DNA of 64,000 nt from Rhizodiscina lignyota (taxonomy: Eukaryota): NCBI GenBank assembly GCA_010015805.1, contig ML978125.1, positions 1,984,001-2,048,000 on the forward strand, in the 5' to 3' direction. A model generated the notes under the pieces. That model did not search any database. It was not told the origin of the DNA and worked only from the letters and a program-made list of their open reading frames with translations. The position numbers and the translations under genes are program-made. Shown piece after piece: positions 48,624 through 61,692 of this stretch (position 1 is its first letter; the number at the start of each line of letters is the position of its first letter).

Positions 48624-49951
48624 GCACGGCGGAGCGAGTGAAGTGACCCCGGGTAAGGTCAACGTCGAAAGATATGGAATCGACAGTTCAGAAGCAAGAG
48701 AGCCGCCCGGTGCACAGCAGGTAGATATTGAGCGGAGGGGTGGTAACGCAAGGCACAGCAGGAGCCCCGGTCAGCGTTCACCCCACCTTCAGCAGCTTTT
48801 GGACTCGCTTCATGCAGGTGTAAAGAGTCGCTCCCAACATTCACTGGCCCGCCTCGACAAGGAACTCCGGCACGCACCCAGCTACTGCTGGAAATATGTG
48901 CCTAGAATGCAACCCGCTGCTCTTCATTTCAATGCGCGTGAAGTCCGCACAGCCTTCCTCGTATGACAGGCTGACGGTGTTCACCGCTACTTCTCTTTAC
49001 AGTGGCCTGCGCCACGGAAAGACATGCCTTGGCTGCAAGGCCATCTTGAATGCACTCGTTACGTGTACAGTGAGCGACTCTTTCACATGAATTCTCCACA
49101 TTCAAATGTGCCATTGGCGGGCATACCCGAGTTGCGGAGCCTCGAGGAGCAGTTACGCAATATCGAGCGGGTACATACATGGCGTTGGTGTCTGGAGATC
49201 GGGTGTTAGGGAGCTGCTTATATTTGCTCTATCCGGGATAGTCGCACAGCCGCACTTCCAGCCCTCCAACTGCTCTGGTAGCCTTGCTCTTGGTCTACAT
49301 AGTGTACCGTCGGCTTGTAGTTAGCAATTAGAAGGTTGAGGATTGAAGAGGATAGATTATGCATTTTTATGGGCTGCGTCTCTCTGAGCGTGCAATGCTG
49401 GTACTCTAATGTTAAATGTTTGAGATTGGACGTTGAGTGACACAGACCGGATGCTAGGACTCATTGGGCATAGCGTGTAGAGAGCTCCATATTCACTTCT
49501 CAAAGATCGGTTTTACAGTCTTCAGCGGGAATTAACATCTGATTAGTATCGCAAAAGATGATTACTAGATTTAAATGCAACCATGTCGACGGTGTTGCCA
49601 TCGACAATCCTATCCGCAGGACGAATAATCTGTATCTAACCGCAACGGCATTTCGGTGGGAGACTTCTCATGATGCCGCGCAGATGCAGGAGCACAATTG
49701 TTTGCATATGGTCGAAACATGTATCTCTCATGCAAGAAATAGCTCTGCATAAAGAGTTGTTGTTCGGCCACTTACGGAGCTACAGCGCTGGGGAAGCCGA
49801 GTTCACTTCCTCGATGGTCGACCTTGATCGCCGTGGCCTGATGATGCGGGCCATTCGGCAGTGCGCATTTCTTGGCTAACTCGAGCGCCTGGAGAGGAAA
49901 TGTCGTGCGGGATCCAGCATTTGTGGAATTCGACAGGTCTCGCTGAGACGT

Positions 49952-51209
49952 TCACCAAGGATACAGCTTCTCAAGACAGTCAGTGCATGATATCCTCAGT
50001 GCGGACAAGTTCAGGACCAACCTTATTTTCCCACGTCCAGAAAGTCCCGCTGTGTTGAATACCTTTGCTCTGAATTACTTCGATCATTGCTGACACCGAC
50101 TCTTCAGCCGTGATGACACCTTCAACTTCACCGGTAAGGACGTGACCGATGTCTCTCGGGAGGCCGGAAACGTCAATATTAGCCATGTCACTGTCTGCGT
50201 CAGCCTGAGATGTATTCCACATCTGTTACAGATATTTGATGAAAAACTTACGTTGCGACCTCTCCAGGATGCATTGCAAGTATGATTGTATCGTCGTCCT
50301 TCCGCTTCAACTCTGCTGCCATGTGCTACAAGTCAAGATTAGCTTCGCCTCGCTTCAGGCTTCGAGTTCATATTCACACGTACCCGTAACCTAAAAGGAG
50401 ATGAATAAGCTATGTTTGTATGGAATCATGCAGACGGACACTCACATTTGATTCAATGCTGCCTTTGACGCAGCATACGCAGCAAATCTATCACAATTAG
50501 TCTTGCGGCCTCCCTTGTTCAGTGAAAGGAATACTTGCCCATCCTCCATCTCACGGAATTTCTGCGCTGAACCAGAGTCGCTGGACATGAAAACAATTGT
50601 CCCAATGGGGATGTTGGTTTGGAGAAGTTTCTGCGCGGTGATGATCGGTCCAATCGTGTTCGTGTGAAGATGGAACGCGAACTCATCGAATGACCTGTTA
50701 CGCATTCCATTTGTATGAGCACGAGGATGCCAACAAGCTGTATCCGATGGAACTTACACCTCTGTTGCTCTCTACCGTGTGTTAGCTTCGCTAGCTTTCG
50801 CAAAGGCTGGACTTACATTTGGATATCTCAACACGCCAGCATTAATCACAACGTAATCGATAGTAAGATTCGGGACTTGGGCAAGTTCATATACAAAGTT
50901 CTGGTAGAGCATCAGCCATTTGAATCCTTAAGCTGCGTCATACCCTTAGCATGTAGCCCCACTCACCTCAATGCTCTTCTCGCTGAGTACATCACAAATG
51001 AACATCTGGCATCTCCCATGATCCGCCCCTGCTTGCCCCCAGAGTAGTGTCGCATGGTTCGCAAACGGTTGTCGGACTGTCGCAATAATTCTTTCTCCTC
51101 GAGCTATGAGCTGACGCACGAATTCGAGGCCTATTCCCCTACTGGCTCCTATCACTGCCCAAGTCTTGAAATCTTGATCGCTGTATAGAACAGTGGGAAT
51201 TTGATTCAT
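49952..51209 (-). CDS. Short-chain dehydrogenase/reductase (CsgA/C-factor-like), about 8 exons
   Basis: WAVIGASRGIG, NAGV, NTIGP, MSSDSGS, YAASKAAL, MHPGEV, FWTWENK|LYPW*; includes 14-nt and 7-nt microexons. Confidence 0.9.
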
Positions 51210-51564
51210 GACAGATAGAGCAATAGCCACGAATAGTTGTATGCGAAAAAATCTTAAAATACTGTACGCTTCCAACTTTTGAAGGAGAGAAGAGGAGGGG
51301 GGCGATCATCGTTAGCAGTTATCCATGCTGGTTTTTTCCTTGCCCGAGCCGGATTGGCTGCCGAGCAATACGCGACTGACATGACGGTGATAGTGTAAAG
51401 TGAACAGAGATAGACGCAGACAAGCTGATATGAAAACGGACCGAGGAGATTTAAGGTGTCGACGTCGTGTAGCCGAACTTTGGAGGCCTAGATGTCCCAG
51501 CTTTCCTGCGCGAAGGATCCAACACTCAACAGGTTCCGCGTTGATGAAGACCTTTAATTCCCAA

Positions 51565-51592
51565 CCAATCAAGGCTCCTTGAATCATGATGA
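51565..51592 (+). promoter_or_regulatory. Candidate CCAAT-binding complex:HapX bipartite site upstream of cytochrome c
   Basis: CCAAT (51565-69) + 12 nt + AAT (51582-84) fits CSAAT-N12-RWT; overlaps AP-1-like TGAATCA (51580-86). Confidence 0.55.
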
Positions 51593-52018
51593 CGGACATT
51601 CGGAAGCGTCTGCTAAGGAACCCCCTTTGTCGGCGGGCCATATCCGAGGGTTGCTGCGAGATTTTCAAGGAAGAAAGCAGGGTTAAGAAGCTCCCGCACG
51701 AATAGATAGAAGCGTAGCGTGAAGCTTACGAGCCATTACAGCATAGAACTGAACTGTAGACATCATATCCTCATCACACGTCACCCGCAAAATGGGTGTG
51801 TTCCTTACCAAGGAACGCATCGGGTGGACGAGAAGCCACATGTGGCACGTGTGGCAGGGCCGAAAGCTTTTCGGAATCGACACTTCATCGACTTTTTTCT
51901 TCCTCTCAGTCATCTTCAACTTCTAGATCTCCACCCTCAAGCTCTCACTCACTTCTAAATATCTACCGCCGCTCTCTCCCACCCCTCACACACCTCTCAA
52001 CCACCTCTAGCAAACGCA

Positions 52019-52770
52019 ATGGCTGGCTTCGAAGACGGTACGTACAATGCGCCTCATCCCGTTCTCCTTTTGCCGCTTGCGGCCTCTGTCAAGCAGAACT
52101 TTCGGACGCGAGATGGAGCTGCTAATAGCACTCTGGCTACATCATCCTGCTGTCTTCTGTCCTTGAGGATCTGATCGAAGAGCTTTCTGCTTCAGAAGGC
52201 ATTCCCGTTGAACATAGTCTCCTTGCTTCCCGCGACGTGGTTGCTCTCTCCAGCGCTAACTTACCCTTCTACAGGCGACACCAAGAAGGGTGCCAACCTC
52301 TTCAAGGTACGACGGATGCCCCGGCGGTCCTTCAGCGTCAATGCCGCGCTTCCGCTGTCCTCACAAAAGCTGCAGGGTTAGTTTGCTTACACATCAATAG
52401 ACGCGATGCGCACAATGTCACAACCTCAAGGCGGGTGAGGGTAACAAAATCGGTCCCAACTTGCATGGACTGTTCGGCCGCAAGACTGGCCAGGTCGAGG
52501 GCTTCTCCTACACCGACGCGAACAAGTCGAAGGGCATTACCTGGGCAGAGGACACCTTGGTATGTCAACATCTCTCTAGTTATCCCAACTTCCATAATAG
52601 GCAGTAAATACGATTACCGGATAGAGCTTGACGGCTAACCTGTCATGTAGTTTGAGTACCTCGAGAACCCAAAGAAATACATTCCCGGCACGAAGATGGC
52701 GTTCGGTGGCCTCAAGAAGCCCAAGGACCGGAACGACCTGATCACCTTCCTCCGCGAGGAGACGAAATAA
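52019..52770 (+). CDS. cycA: Cytochrome c (4 exons)
   Basis: [40 protein letters not shown]..|[23 protein letters not shown]; CxxCH haem motif; intron 1 52038-52274. Confidence 0.98.
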
Positions 52771-53210
52771 GCGTATTCCGCTTTGAACTCCAACAAACTC
52801 TTCCAACCTCGCCCCCCTCCAACTCCATTTTTACCATTAGAACCAATAGACGTACGATAGGCGAGATGATGGCGGCTGTGGTGGTGGTGTCGCATGCAAG
52901 GGCGACGGAATCCGCAATTGTAGAATATGCCAGTGTGGGTTCGGTGGGATATCTTCGTCCTGCCAAATCATTATTTACTCTCTGCTCTCTTCTGGCTTAG
53001 ATTGGTTTCGTTTGCTCTGTTGCTTTGGCAACATTGTGTAGAAAATGGCATTCTTCTTCGATGGCTCTAACTCTTGTTGTCATCTTGTCACGATCTCAAA
53101 GTCCAATACATTGAGCACAGTTGAAAAAGACGGTTGGTATAAGGTGTTTGTGCATAGTTTTCAATCTCGTTGCCCTACTCTCGCAGACCATTCACGACTA
53201 CCCATAATCC

Positions 53211-53246
53211 AACGGATAGCAATGTGATCGAACGGATAGCAATGTG
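53211..53246. repeat. Tandem duplication with 20-bp period
   Basis: AACGGATAGCAATGTG at 53211 and 53231. Confidence 0.9.
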
Positions 53247-54281
53247 TCCAAGGTCAAGCTCTCAAAAACAGAGTGGCAATGGGACTCCAAATTCCTTCAA
53301 AAGGAAGCAAAGTCTGGAGCGGCTGGAAATCTGCCTTCGAACTGGCGCGGAACACCTTTCGAGGCGCGTGAACCTTGACTGGTCGCAACTTGCAGCTTGA
53401 TCTACCTCCAATCCAGCATCAAGAGCATTCGATGCTTCCCCTGCAGCCGCTGCGGGTGCAGGTGAGATTTGTTTGACGTGAATAGCTGCTTCTATCCGTC
53501 TGCACTGCCTTCAGTTTCAGCATCTTCAGAGAACGTAGTATGCATATTTTGCGTTGGATTCGGTCTCCTGACATACATGAATGTGTTTTGTTAATCACGA
53601 CTTTTATGTATGCAGCATGGATCTGGATGTATATGCGAGCTCATCGGCTTGATTACCACATATGACCCCTTCAATCAAATTTCTCAACTCTGTACCTGCA
53701 AACGGAGAAACCTATGGGCCTCAGCCTTCGCTTCCATCTTAAATATGGGAATTGGGTTCTGTAGCTGAGCTATCGTTTTCGGATTCTTTTCCTTTTGGTG
53801 CTTAAGCTGGGCTTGCTGGCTGAACACGACACGAGAGGAGAGTAGTTGACTTTGGTTCTACGACAAGGAATTGATGGCACGTTGTGATTACCTTTGTAAA
53901 TTAGAAGCGCTGATACATTTATAGCTCTGAGATCCATAGTTTTTCCACTCCAATTTCCAAGCTTGATCGTCGATGCAGTGTTTGATATTCGCCACATGCA
54001 ACACCTATGTAAATTGTGAAGTCCATGACGAAATCAACAACTTGAAATTCCCAGGAATTCTTCAACTCATCTTCTCACTTGCAAAATTGTCGAGAAAGTT
54101 AGGTTTGGTCATGGCATTTTAGTTCCGAATTAACTAATAATTTCTTTTTCTATACCTTCAGAACCCCGCGTTTCCTGAGTACGGCCGTTCTGTCATCAAA
54201 CCAGCACGCGAAGGTTTTACTTTATATCGACGTCAAGTAGTCAAATTTATTATAAACCGGCTTGGTCGGTCAAGGACTGAC

Positions 54282-54946
54282 ATGTTTGTCAACCGCGATA
54301 AGAGCGTGGAGCGGCGCGCCATCGTTAAATACCACGAAGAAACCTTTGAGGAGAAGGCTGTGAAAGAGCAGGCGGCGAGAGTCTTGGAGAGCAATGAGCT
54401 GCTCATCTGGCTCGCTATGAGCAGGAATGAGGTATGCTGTATTTCTTCTATTTCCTCAATCTGCGAATTCCAATCCTTTCTTTTCGATCCGCGTTCGTGT
54501 CGTTTGGCATTCGTACCCCAAGTTGTCCAGCCAGAGACGCGACGCGCTTCACACATAAATTTCACTATCATCTGAGCCATACCATTTGACACTTCTGAAT
54601 GGGCCATTGTACTACTTTCATCAACGCCTGACGCACTTCACAGTCGGTGCCACAGACGCGCCATTATTACGAGCGCCTCCTCGCCGGCTTCTCCCAGGAC
54701 GCCCGCAACGTCGAATGGGAAGATGTGTACGGCCCCGACTCAGAAGATGAAGCGCGCCTAGCGGTGCAAAGTTCGCGAAGCTCACTCGGCAGCAGCAAGT
54801 CGTCCAAGCAGAACTCTACTGCTGCGGGCTCAAGCAAGACCGCCAGCGGTGGCGGCAGTGGAGGCAGAAGCGGAAGCGACTCGAAGAAGAGAGGCAAGTC
54901 GGGAGAGCGCTCTCAGAGGAAGAGAAGGAGCGGTGCTGCTTCGTGA
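54282..54946 (+). CDS. Small fungal hypothetical protein (about 150 aa), basic Ser/Gly-rich tail
   Basis: MFVNRDK..QAARVLESNELLIWLAMSRNE|SVPQTRHYYER..; canonical intron about 54432-54643 joins the two ORFs in frame. Confidence 0.7.
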
Positions 54947-56000
54947 TGCGGCCGCGTGAGGTGATTGTGGTGAAATCGGCAGCTCGAGATCGAGGGACGC
55001 GTAGTGGTAGCGGTGAAGGCGTAACTCGAGCACCTTTCGGTTTTACGACAACTCACGAATTTCGGTTCATAGTCTACGTCAGGGACTAACGTGGGCAATG
55101 CAAGCAAGCAGGATCATGCTCATGGCATGCGGAGCACTGTTGTATATTCAAACTACCATCGGTGCTTCATGTCCAACTCAGCTGATACCGAGCTAATGCA
55201 GCTGAGAAATCCAGATCCGACGAAAGAAGCGTGCAAGCTCGCATGGCTTGCGTGTATCTCTGAATGGGGCCCAGGAGTTATCAGAGTCATGAACTAGAGC
55301 AGCTGGCCTCTTACGACTTCTACCGACCTCCAATAGCAACCTCAGACGTCGTTTCTAGACGCGTCATTCATGGAACAGCTTCTGACTACTGAGTTTGGAA
55401 ATATTTGTATTCAATAAAAACAATGGGCAACCTAACGTCACTTCAAGGGCGACTGGTTTGTTTCTAGCGATATCCAATGTCTTCCGACAGTCCAGGTCTT
55501 TTGATCGCCTGGCCACCTTTCCCCAATCCACTGAAACAGGCCCATATGCACTCGAAGCTCCAGGAATGACCCGAACAGAATACTAGAAGATTTACAATAA
55601 CACCCGTTGGTGCGCAGTGGCAATGGCCAACCTACATTCCTTCCTCCATCCCAACGTCTCTCCACCAAGGCTTCTTCTCCTCCTTCCCATCTCCACCTTT
55701 GACGCCAGTTTCTGGCATTTGGACCATTGCCTCAGCATCTCCCACCTGCCTTCGCTCGCTAACTTCCCAATCACTCTTATCCTTCAACTTCAACTTCATC
55801 GCCCGCCTCGCCATGGCAATGTTGATGTTCATGCTCTGCATCGATCGTTGCGCCAATCCTTGGGCAGGCCGGGTCGAGCCACTGTCGGTGCTGCTTCTGT
55901 CTCTGCTCGTAGTTGAAGCAGTAGAGGTTATGCTTTTGGTGTTATTAACGGAAGAGGCAGCATCACGACCCCGGCTTGCTGCCCTCATGACTGCTGATTG

Positions 56001-57621
56001 CTATTGTAGAGGTTCGGAGGAGGACGAAAGGCGGTTAAGGTGGAGATATACGTCTGTGCCATATCTATCACGCAGTCCCATCAGCATCTGTTCGAAATTG
56101 TAGAACGAGTTTGAAACCGAAAAGATTCTTACCCCTCCATACTGATCAATTTTAGATCCCCGCCGAAATACCGTGCATAAAGCCTACTGATGGGCAATCC
56201 GTACCCAAACCCAGCCATTGGCGCCTTGAAATCGCTCTTGTTGAAATCCGGATCCAGATTCGGTGTCTGGTCTACCGTGGTGTACATGTACGTCCAAACA
56301 AGCGGTATGGCGCTTCTCGGTATACCTCCTCCCTCATCTGATATCTTAATAGTGATATCCTCCTTCCCCTCTGCTACAATGACCTTCGTCACCGGGAACT
56401 CCTCCTTGTCTTGCCCATGTGTCTCCACTACTGCCCGCAAGCTGTTCTTCAAGGTCTCGAAAAGCATATGACTCAGGTGGCCGGGCACATACATGAAATT
56501 GATCTCCGGGTTACACACAAGCTGTACCTTAGGCGCATCGAATAAACCGTAGTGGTCTTCGCAGACAAATCTCGCGTTCTCGATCGCTTCTTGCGCAAGG
56601 TCGCGGACGTTCGTCTTCGTACATATAATGCCAACGTAATTCGGGTCTGAGCGGTGTCGCTGATCGGTGAGAGCGACGTGTTGGCCAATGAGCATACGGA
56701 TACCGATTCGTGACATGTAAAAACGATCGAGGAAGGCCTGTATGTTATTGTCGATCTGCATGCGTTGCCGCTTGCGTTTCCATTCGAGTATACCTTGCGC
56801 TGTATTGCACATTCAGTAAGCTTCTCCTACACAGGTTCCAGATATATCAGTGTAGTAGACATACCAACAGTTGTGACAACGCTATCGTGTCTTCGCTTGA
56901 TTTTCTCTAGCGTCTGCGCGAATTTCATATTGTATGCATTCAGCTCTGGCGGCCAATCTCCTCCGTCGTCTGCGGCTACGTAGTATCTCTTGCTCATGGA
57001 GCTTTTTCTATCTCCATTTCCGTTCTCGTTGCCATTTGCCTTGGTGTCTGACCGGTACTTTCCTTGCGGTATGCTTGGATTGTGGGTTGTCTGGCTGAGT
57101 ATACGAGAATGGCCACTGCTCTGTTTCGCTGGCCTTAGGAGACGCTTGCGGACTTCGGACGTGAGGGAAGGTTTTGGTAAAGTTGTAAGTTCCTGAATTT
57201 ATGAGTCAATCCATAGTGCTGAAAGCGAGAATCGCTACCCTGGTGGATTGTAACGCACCTCGAATGACTGCGCATACCAGTCCTTCACCTTCCTGATGCT
57301 CGGCATCTCATTCAATCCCTCTGGCAGGTCTCCAAGCTCCTGGACTCGATGCGCCAACCGTATTGGTAGTTCCTCAGAGAGGAATTGGCTCGCTCGGAAA
57401 AGAGTTCCTGTTCACCGTAATTGCTCGTTAGCCCTTTCGTCCGAACTCTCTCTCCCCTACCAAATATTCAAAGGCGGGTGAAGGTAGAAGAAATCTCCGA
57501 ACGCACCAGTACTCGGTCTCTCCCCGAACTGAACCATCTGCCTCAAACTCACACCGGTTGCCGGGAAGTTCGCATAGTGGCCGATGGTGTCCATAAGCTT
57601 CTCGGTTGCCTTCCACGACAT
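56001..57621 (-). CDS. Mitochondrial pyruvate dehydrogenase kinase (BCKDK/PDK family)
   Basis: MSWKATEKL..ATGVSLRQMVQFG|..SQFLSEELPIRLAHRVQEL..|..FYMSRIGIRMLIGQH..FETLKNSLRA..ISDEGGGIP..MAGFGYGLPISRLYARYFGGDL..MEG|YGTDVYLHLNRLSSSSEPLQ*. Confidence 0.95.
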
Positions 57622-58782
57622 CTTGACCAGCGATTGTGAGGCCCTGAGGCCTGTGCTGTACGTTCAATCCAGTGTTTGCGGTGGTAGTGTGACTATGAGG
57701 CCGGATTGGAGAGGAAGCGGAAAGGCTATGTCAGACCCCACCGTCTGGCGAGAGCTGGTGCTGTAGATTAGAATGTGGGAATGGATGGATAAAGCGAGGA
57801 GTAGGCTGCGTCACCCGTGGGAACAATGCCCCGGATCCAGAAGAATTGAGGCGATACGGGTGCAGGGGAATGATTGTTGACGGGAGTGCAAATGTGGAAG
57901 TGGTTATGCGCGGGATGGAGTCATATGGACGATTTGGCGGTGCAAGCTTTCGCTGCGGCAGCTGCCCCTCGCAAAAGCCCCGTCCAGCCGTGTCAAAGCT
58001 CTCCCCACACTCGGTTTGCTTAGGTTAACGTTCCTTTGACGGGCAACGGAAAAGCTGAGAGCCTCTTTTCCAAGCTGCGAGCACATGCAGCTTGCCTTGC
58101 CTCGCTGCGAAATTTCCTCTTCGCTCAGCTGACTCTCTCGACACGCTTCACCCCATCGCCCACGCATCGAGGAAAAAGTCACCCCTTCCACAGTATGCTC
58201 ACGGGCCAATTGCCTCTGCGATCGTCACTTGGCCGAGGGGCCCGAGGCTTTTCTGCTTGTTCATGAAACTCGGAAGAACGCGGAGAGCGCCGCTGGCCCG
58301 AGTTTCATGAACGGTCTTCCCCGGGTCCGAACGATACCTTCGGCATGCTATTGTGTTGAAAGCAAATCCATGATGTCAACAGAAATGAAGAACTTTAATT
58401 AGAAGACCATGTGTGGGCGTGATTTAAGGTCTTGTCGAAGCTCTCCTTTTAATCTATCATCCGGGAACGACGCCTTCCGATATGAGTTATTAACGTCGGT
58501 TACATGACACTGGTATGAATGGGTGTAGCGCGAAAAATTATATGTAAGTTTATATTATCGAGTGCACTAGAATAAGACTTGCTGTGGCCGGTCTATTCTC
58601 CATTGTATCCACAGACAAGTCCATTTGGTAGCTTAGTGTGCCGTCAAAAACCATAGATTACCGCGGAGGGATTTTGCTGTACCGTGACGCAGTAGAAAAG
58701 ACGATGATCCGTGTGATAATGTTCTTTTAAGACGCTACACAGGCCCTATCTTAAAGCCGATATACAACAGTGAGAAATATAT

Positions 58783-59700
58783 TTACAGAGTCTCCGTGAG
58801 CAGCTTGTTCATCTTGGCCATCTTCGAGGAAACGCTTAGGTCGATCGTCCGGTCGCCAATCTCAACGATCAGACCGCCTCTGATATCAGGATTAACCTAT
58901 AGATGCGTCAGCTTGATTTACTCCCTCTTCATTCATCTTTGACGTCTATCGTGATGAGATTCTTTTACCTTAGACACAACCTTCAACTTTTTGCCTTGAC
59001 CAACGTAAGACGACTTTGTGACAGCGCTCTCAAGCTTCTGAAGGACCTTGGGCTCCAATGGCTGTAATGTAACAATCAGCTCAATCTATCAATCGTTCCA
59101 CCAGCAATCGTGGAAAACGTACCGCAGCACTTGTCACCGTCAACTCCACCTCACCCCTGTGTGCGCTCACCAGCTCGGCATACTTCTCGCAGACTGCCTT
59201 GAGCGCGTTCAGCCTGTTGTGTTCCGCCAGAGTCCCAAGGAGGTTCTTCATGATGTCCCCTTTGTCCTGAGTGACACCCTTCAGAAGTTCTGCCACGATC
59301 TTCTGCTTGTCGCCGACCGTGAGAGTAGGGGCTGAAAGAACATTCTGGAGCTTGGGGTCCCTCTTGAACAGGCCATTTAGAGATTCGACGCTGCGGGCGG
59401 TGCTGTCGAGGGCGGATGTTTTAGCACTCGCGGTCCACTAAGGTTGCCGGAAGGGTTAGCATTGGGATGAGAAGTCTCAAAAGCGCGATGAAAAGGCCAG
59501 GGAAGCTTCATATACGAGTTCATATACTGAAACTGACGTACCAGAGCAGTGGCATATGTTCCATCGACGCCGTAGAGCTCAACAGGAGGGATCACATCGG
59601 AAGCGGCTGCGGCGTAGCTCCGGAAAACGGTGCGTGGAGCAATTGGCGCACGAGGAGTGGCTATCCGCGCTGCCTGCGCAATGGCTCGGCGGGACAGCAT
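58783..59700 (-). CDS. ATP5: ATP synthase OSCP (subunit 5), mitochondrial
   Basis: Arg-rich presequence, PPVELYGVDGTYATAL|..NLLGTLAEHNRL..HRGEVELTVTSA|..|VNPDIRGGLIVEIGDRTIDLSVSSKM. Confidence 0.96.
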
Positions 59701-60179
59701 ATTTGAAAGGAGTTGAAAGATGGGAGAGGAGTAGAGGAGTGCTTGTCGAGATGGTCTTCCCAAAAGAGCTTCATTGCTGTCAAACCGAAGTTCGGGTTTT
59801 TGGCTTACATAATGTCTTGGCACCAGATCGTCGAAGAGCGCTCAACAGCGGTACTTTGTAGCCTGGCTGAACAAAGTGCAAACTTGAGAATTGAAGAGAG
59901 ATTTTATTTGCAATTGACTAATTATTCTGCCAGAAGGCATCCGGAAGCCCACTTGTCCTCATACCTCATCCGAGGGACAGCCACCGGACAAGACGGCGGA
60001 GGGAGTAAGTAGGGGTAGGGAATATGCGATGAAAGTTTCCATGTTTTGATTACTTATACTCTAATATCACATTTGTGAGTCTTGATAGTGAGTTTTGGGG
60101 TATCGAGAGGTGTGAAAATAGAGCCTTTGCTCGAGCCTCCAAATCCGCCAGCGCACCCATAAAGACTGCAAACTATCAC

Positions 60180-61485
60180 TCAGTCCACATCCCCTTCAGC
60201 TGCTGGCTCCGCTGTCGGTACAGGCGGTGTAGCTTTCGGTGGTCCTCCAGCTTTGGGAGGTGGAGGCACGGCCCCAGATTTCGACGTCGGCGCATGGTCT
60301 TGCTCTTTGCTCTTCATCTCTCCCTCTGCAAAATAATCATCAAAGCCTTTGGACGGTGAAATGTTGTGATGCGCTCTGTGCTTCTTGGCTTTCGAACCTG
60401 CTCCCACTGGCGGCCCTGGAGAGCCAGTCGCTCGTTGAAATGCCAGGTTGGCCGGCACAAGGAAGTCTCCACCTTGTGGAGGACTGGCAATGGTCGCAAC
60501 AGGTTCAGGTGCAGCGAGTGCTTGCTTCTCATCTATGCCTGTGTCGAAGAGCGTTTCGCCTGGAGCTTGCGGTGGTTCGTCGAGAGCCGCAGGGATCCGA
60601 TGGAGAGCGCCGAAACCGAGAATGCAGCCAAGAGCGCCCTGGCCTCCCCAGTTCCGTGATGGAGTTATAGTAACTGGCCGTGTTATGTTGTATTCATGGT
60701 TATACACGAGCAATCGGAGGGGTCTTTCCAGATACTTCGAGAGCAAAGTCAGCAAAACTACTGATGAAGCACTCCATCAACGCTGAAGCCTCGTGGAGAG
60801 GAGAAAGCCATTATTTGTTTTGTGGAGCTGAGATGAAATGGATGCAAAATCCAACTTAGTGAGACGATGAAAAGGATTCTTACATCTTCAACCAGCTCAG
60901 GGAGTCCTGACTCGCCACGCACCAAGCCCTCAGGAGACCCAATTACATAGTCACCGTAAGGCAGTAAACCAGCAACGTCAGCGGGAGAGTTTGCCGTTAC
61001 TTCTAAAATGTGCCAGACATCTTCTGTGGCCGCAAGCGGTGTCCACTGCAATGACAGTCCCAGATTCGGCGGGTCTGTCGGCACAGGAATATAGAGCTCA
61101 CGTATCCTTTGACCCTAATGTTTCAGTTAGCTGTAAGGTTTGAATATCTTGAACTCTCTGGTCAGGCTGACTTTGGCGCTCCAAACACCAAGGCTAATGG
61201 TGTTCCCAGCACAGTTCCGTACTTCTGTCGAGAAGAGGTTCGGGTCTGGACTGTCCTGTGATTGAATTAGCACAACTTTTAGGGATTGGCCATGAAATAA
61301 CCTACTATCGTTCGACCATTGATGCCGATGACGAAATCAAACCATGGTTCTATTTGTATGTCTGCATTCTTGTTGCGAAGCACTTGAAATCCGTAAGCAC
61401 CACGCGTGCTCGACTTCTGAGTCTCGGTAGGGGTATCGGCGTCTAGCCGGGAGATAAATCTGTTCAGGGCGCCAAAGACAGACAT
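60180..61485 (-). CDS. GRH1: GRASP55/65 Golgi reassembly stacking protein
   Basis: MSVFGALNRFISRLD, YGFQVLRN, EPWFDFVIGING, WSAK|GQRIRE, WHILEV..SPADVAGLLPYGDY, WGGQGALGCILGFGALHRIP. Confidence 0.93.
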
Positions 61486-61692
61486 TCAGGCGGTAGTGTT
61501 CGTGATGTCAGGAGATGCTTGAGTTGTTGTCACGTAGCGCGACTGAGAGTTCGCGGAGGAGACTGGGGTGAGACAGTTTAGGGAGGCGTGGGTGGCCCGA
61601 GCTCCATTTAACATTTAAATTTAGGCCGTCACAGTAGACTTTGCATCGATCCCACCCGTAAACATCTAACACCTCCTCACCCAAAATTCAAA

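Noticed and set aside
55632..55988. Independent 118-aa gene
   Set aside because: The ATG is only 12 nt after the PDK stop and in frame with it, leaving no promoter space; treated as a readthrough extension or 3' UTR.
52019..59700. Mitochondrial energy gene cluster (cytochrome c, PDK, ATP5)
   Set aside because: Mixed orientation, an unrelated gene in between and no shared motif seen; proximity can be chance or ordinary synteny.
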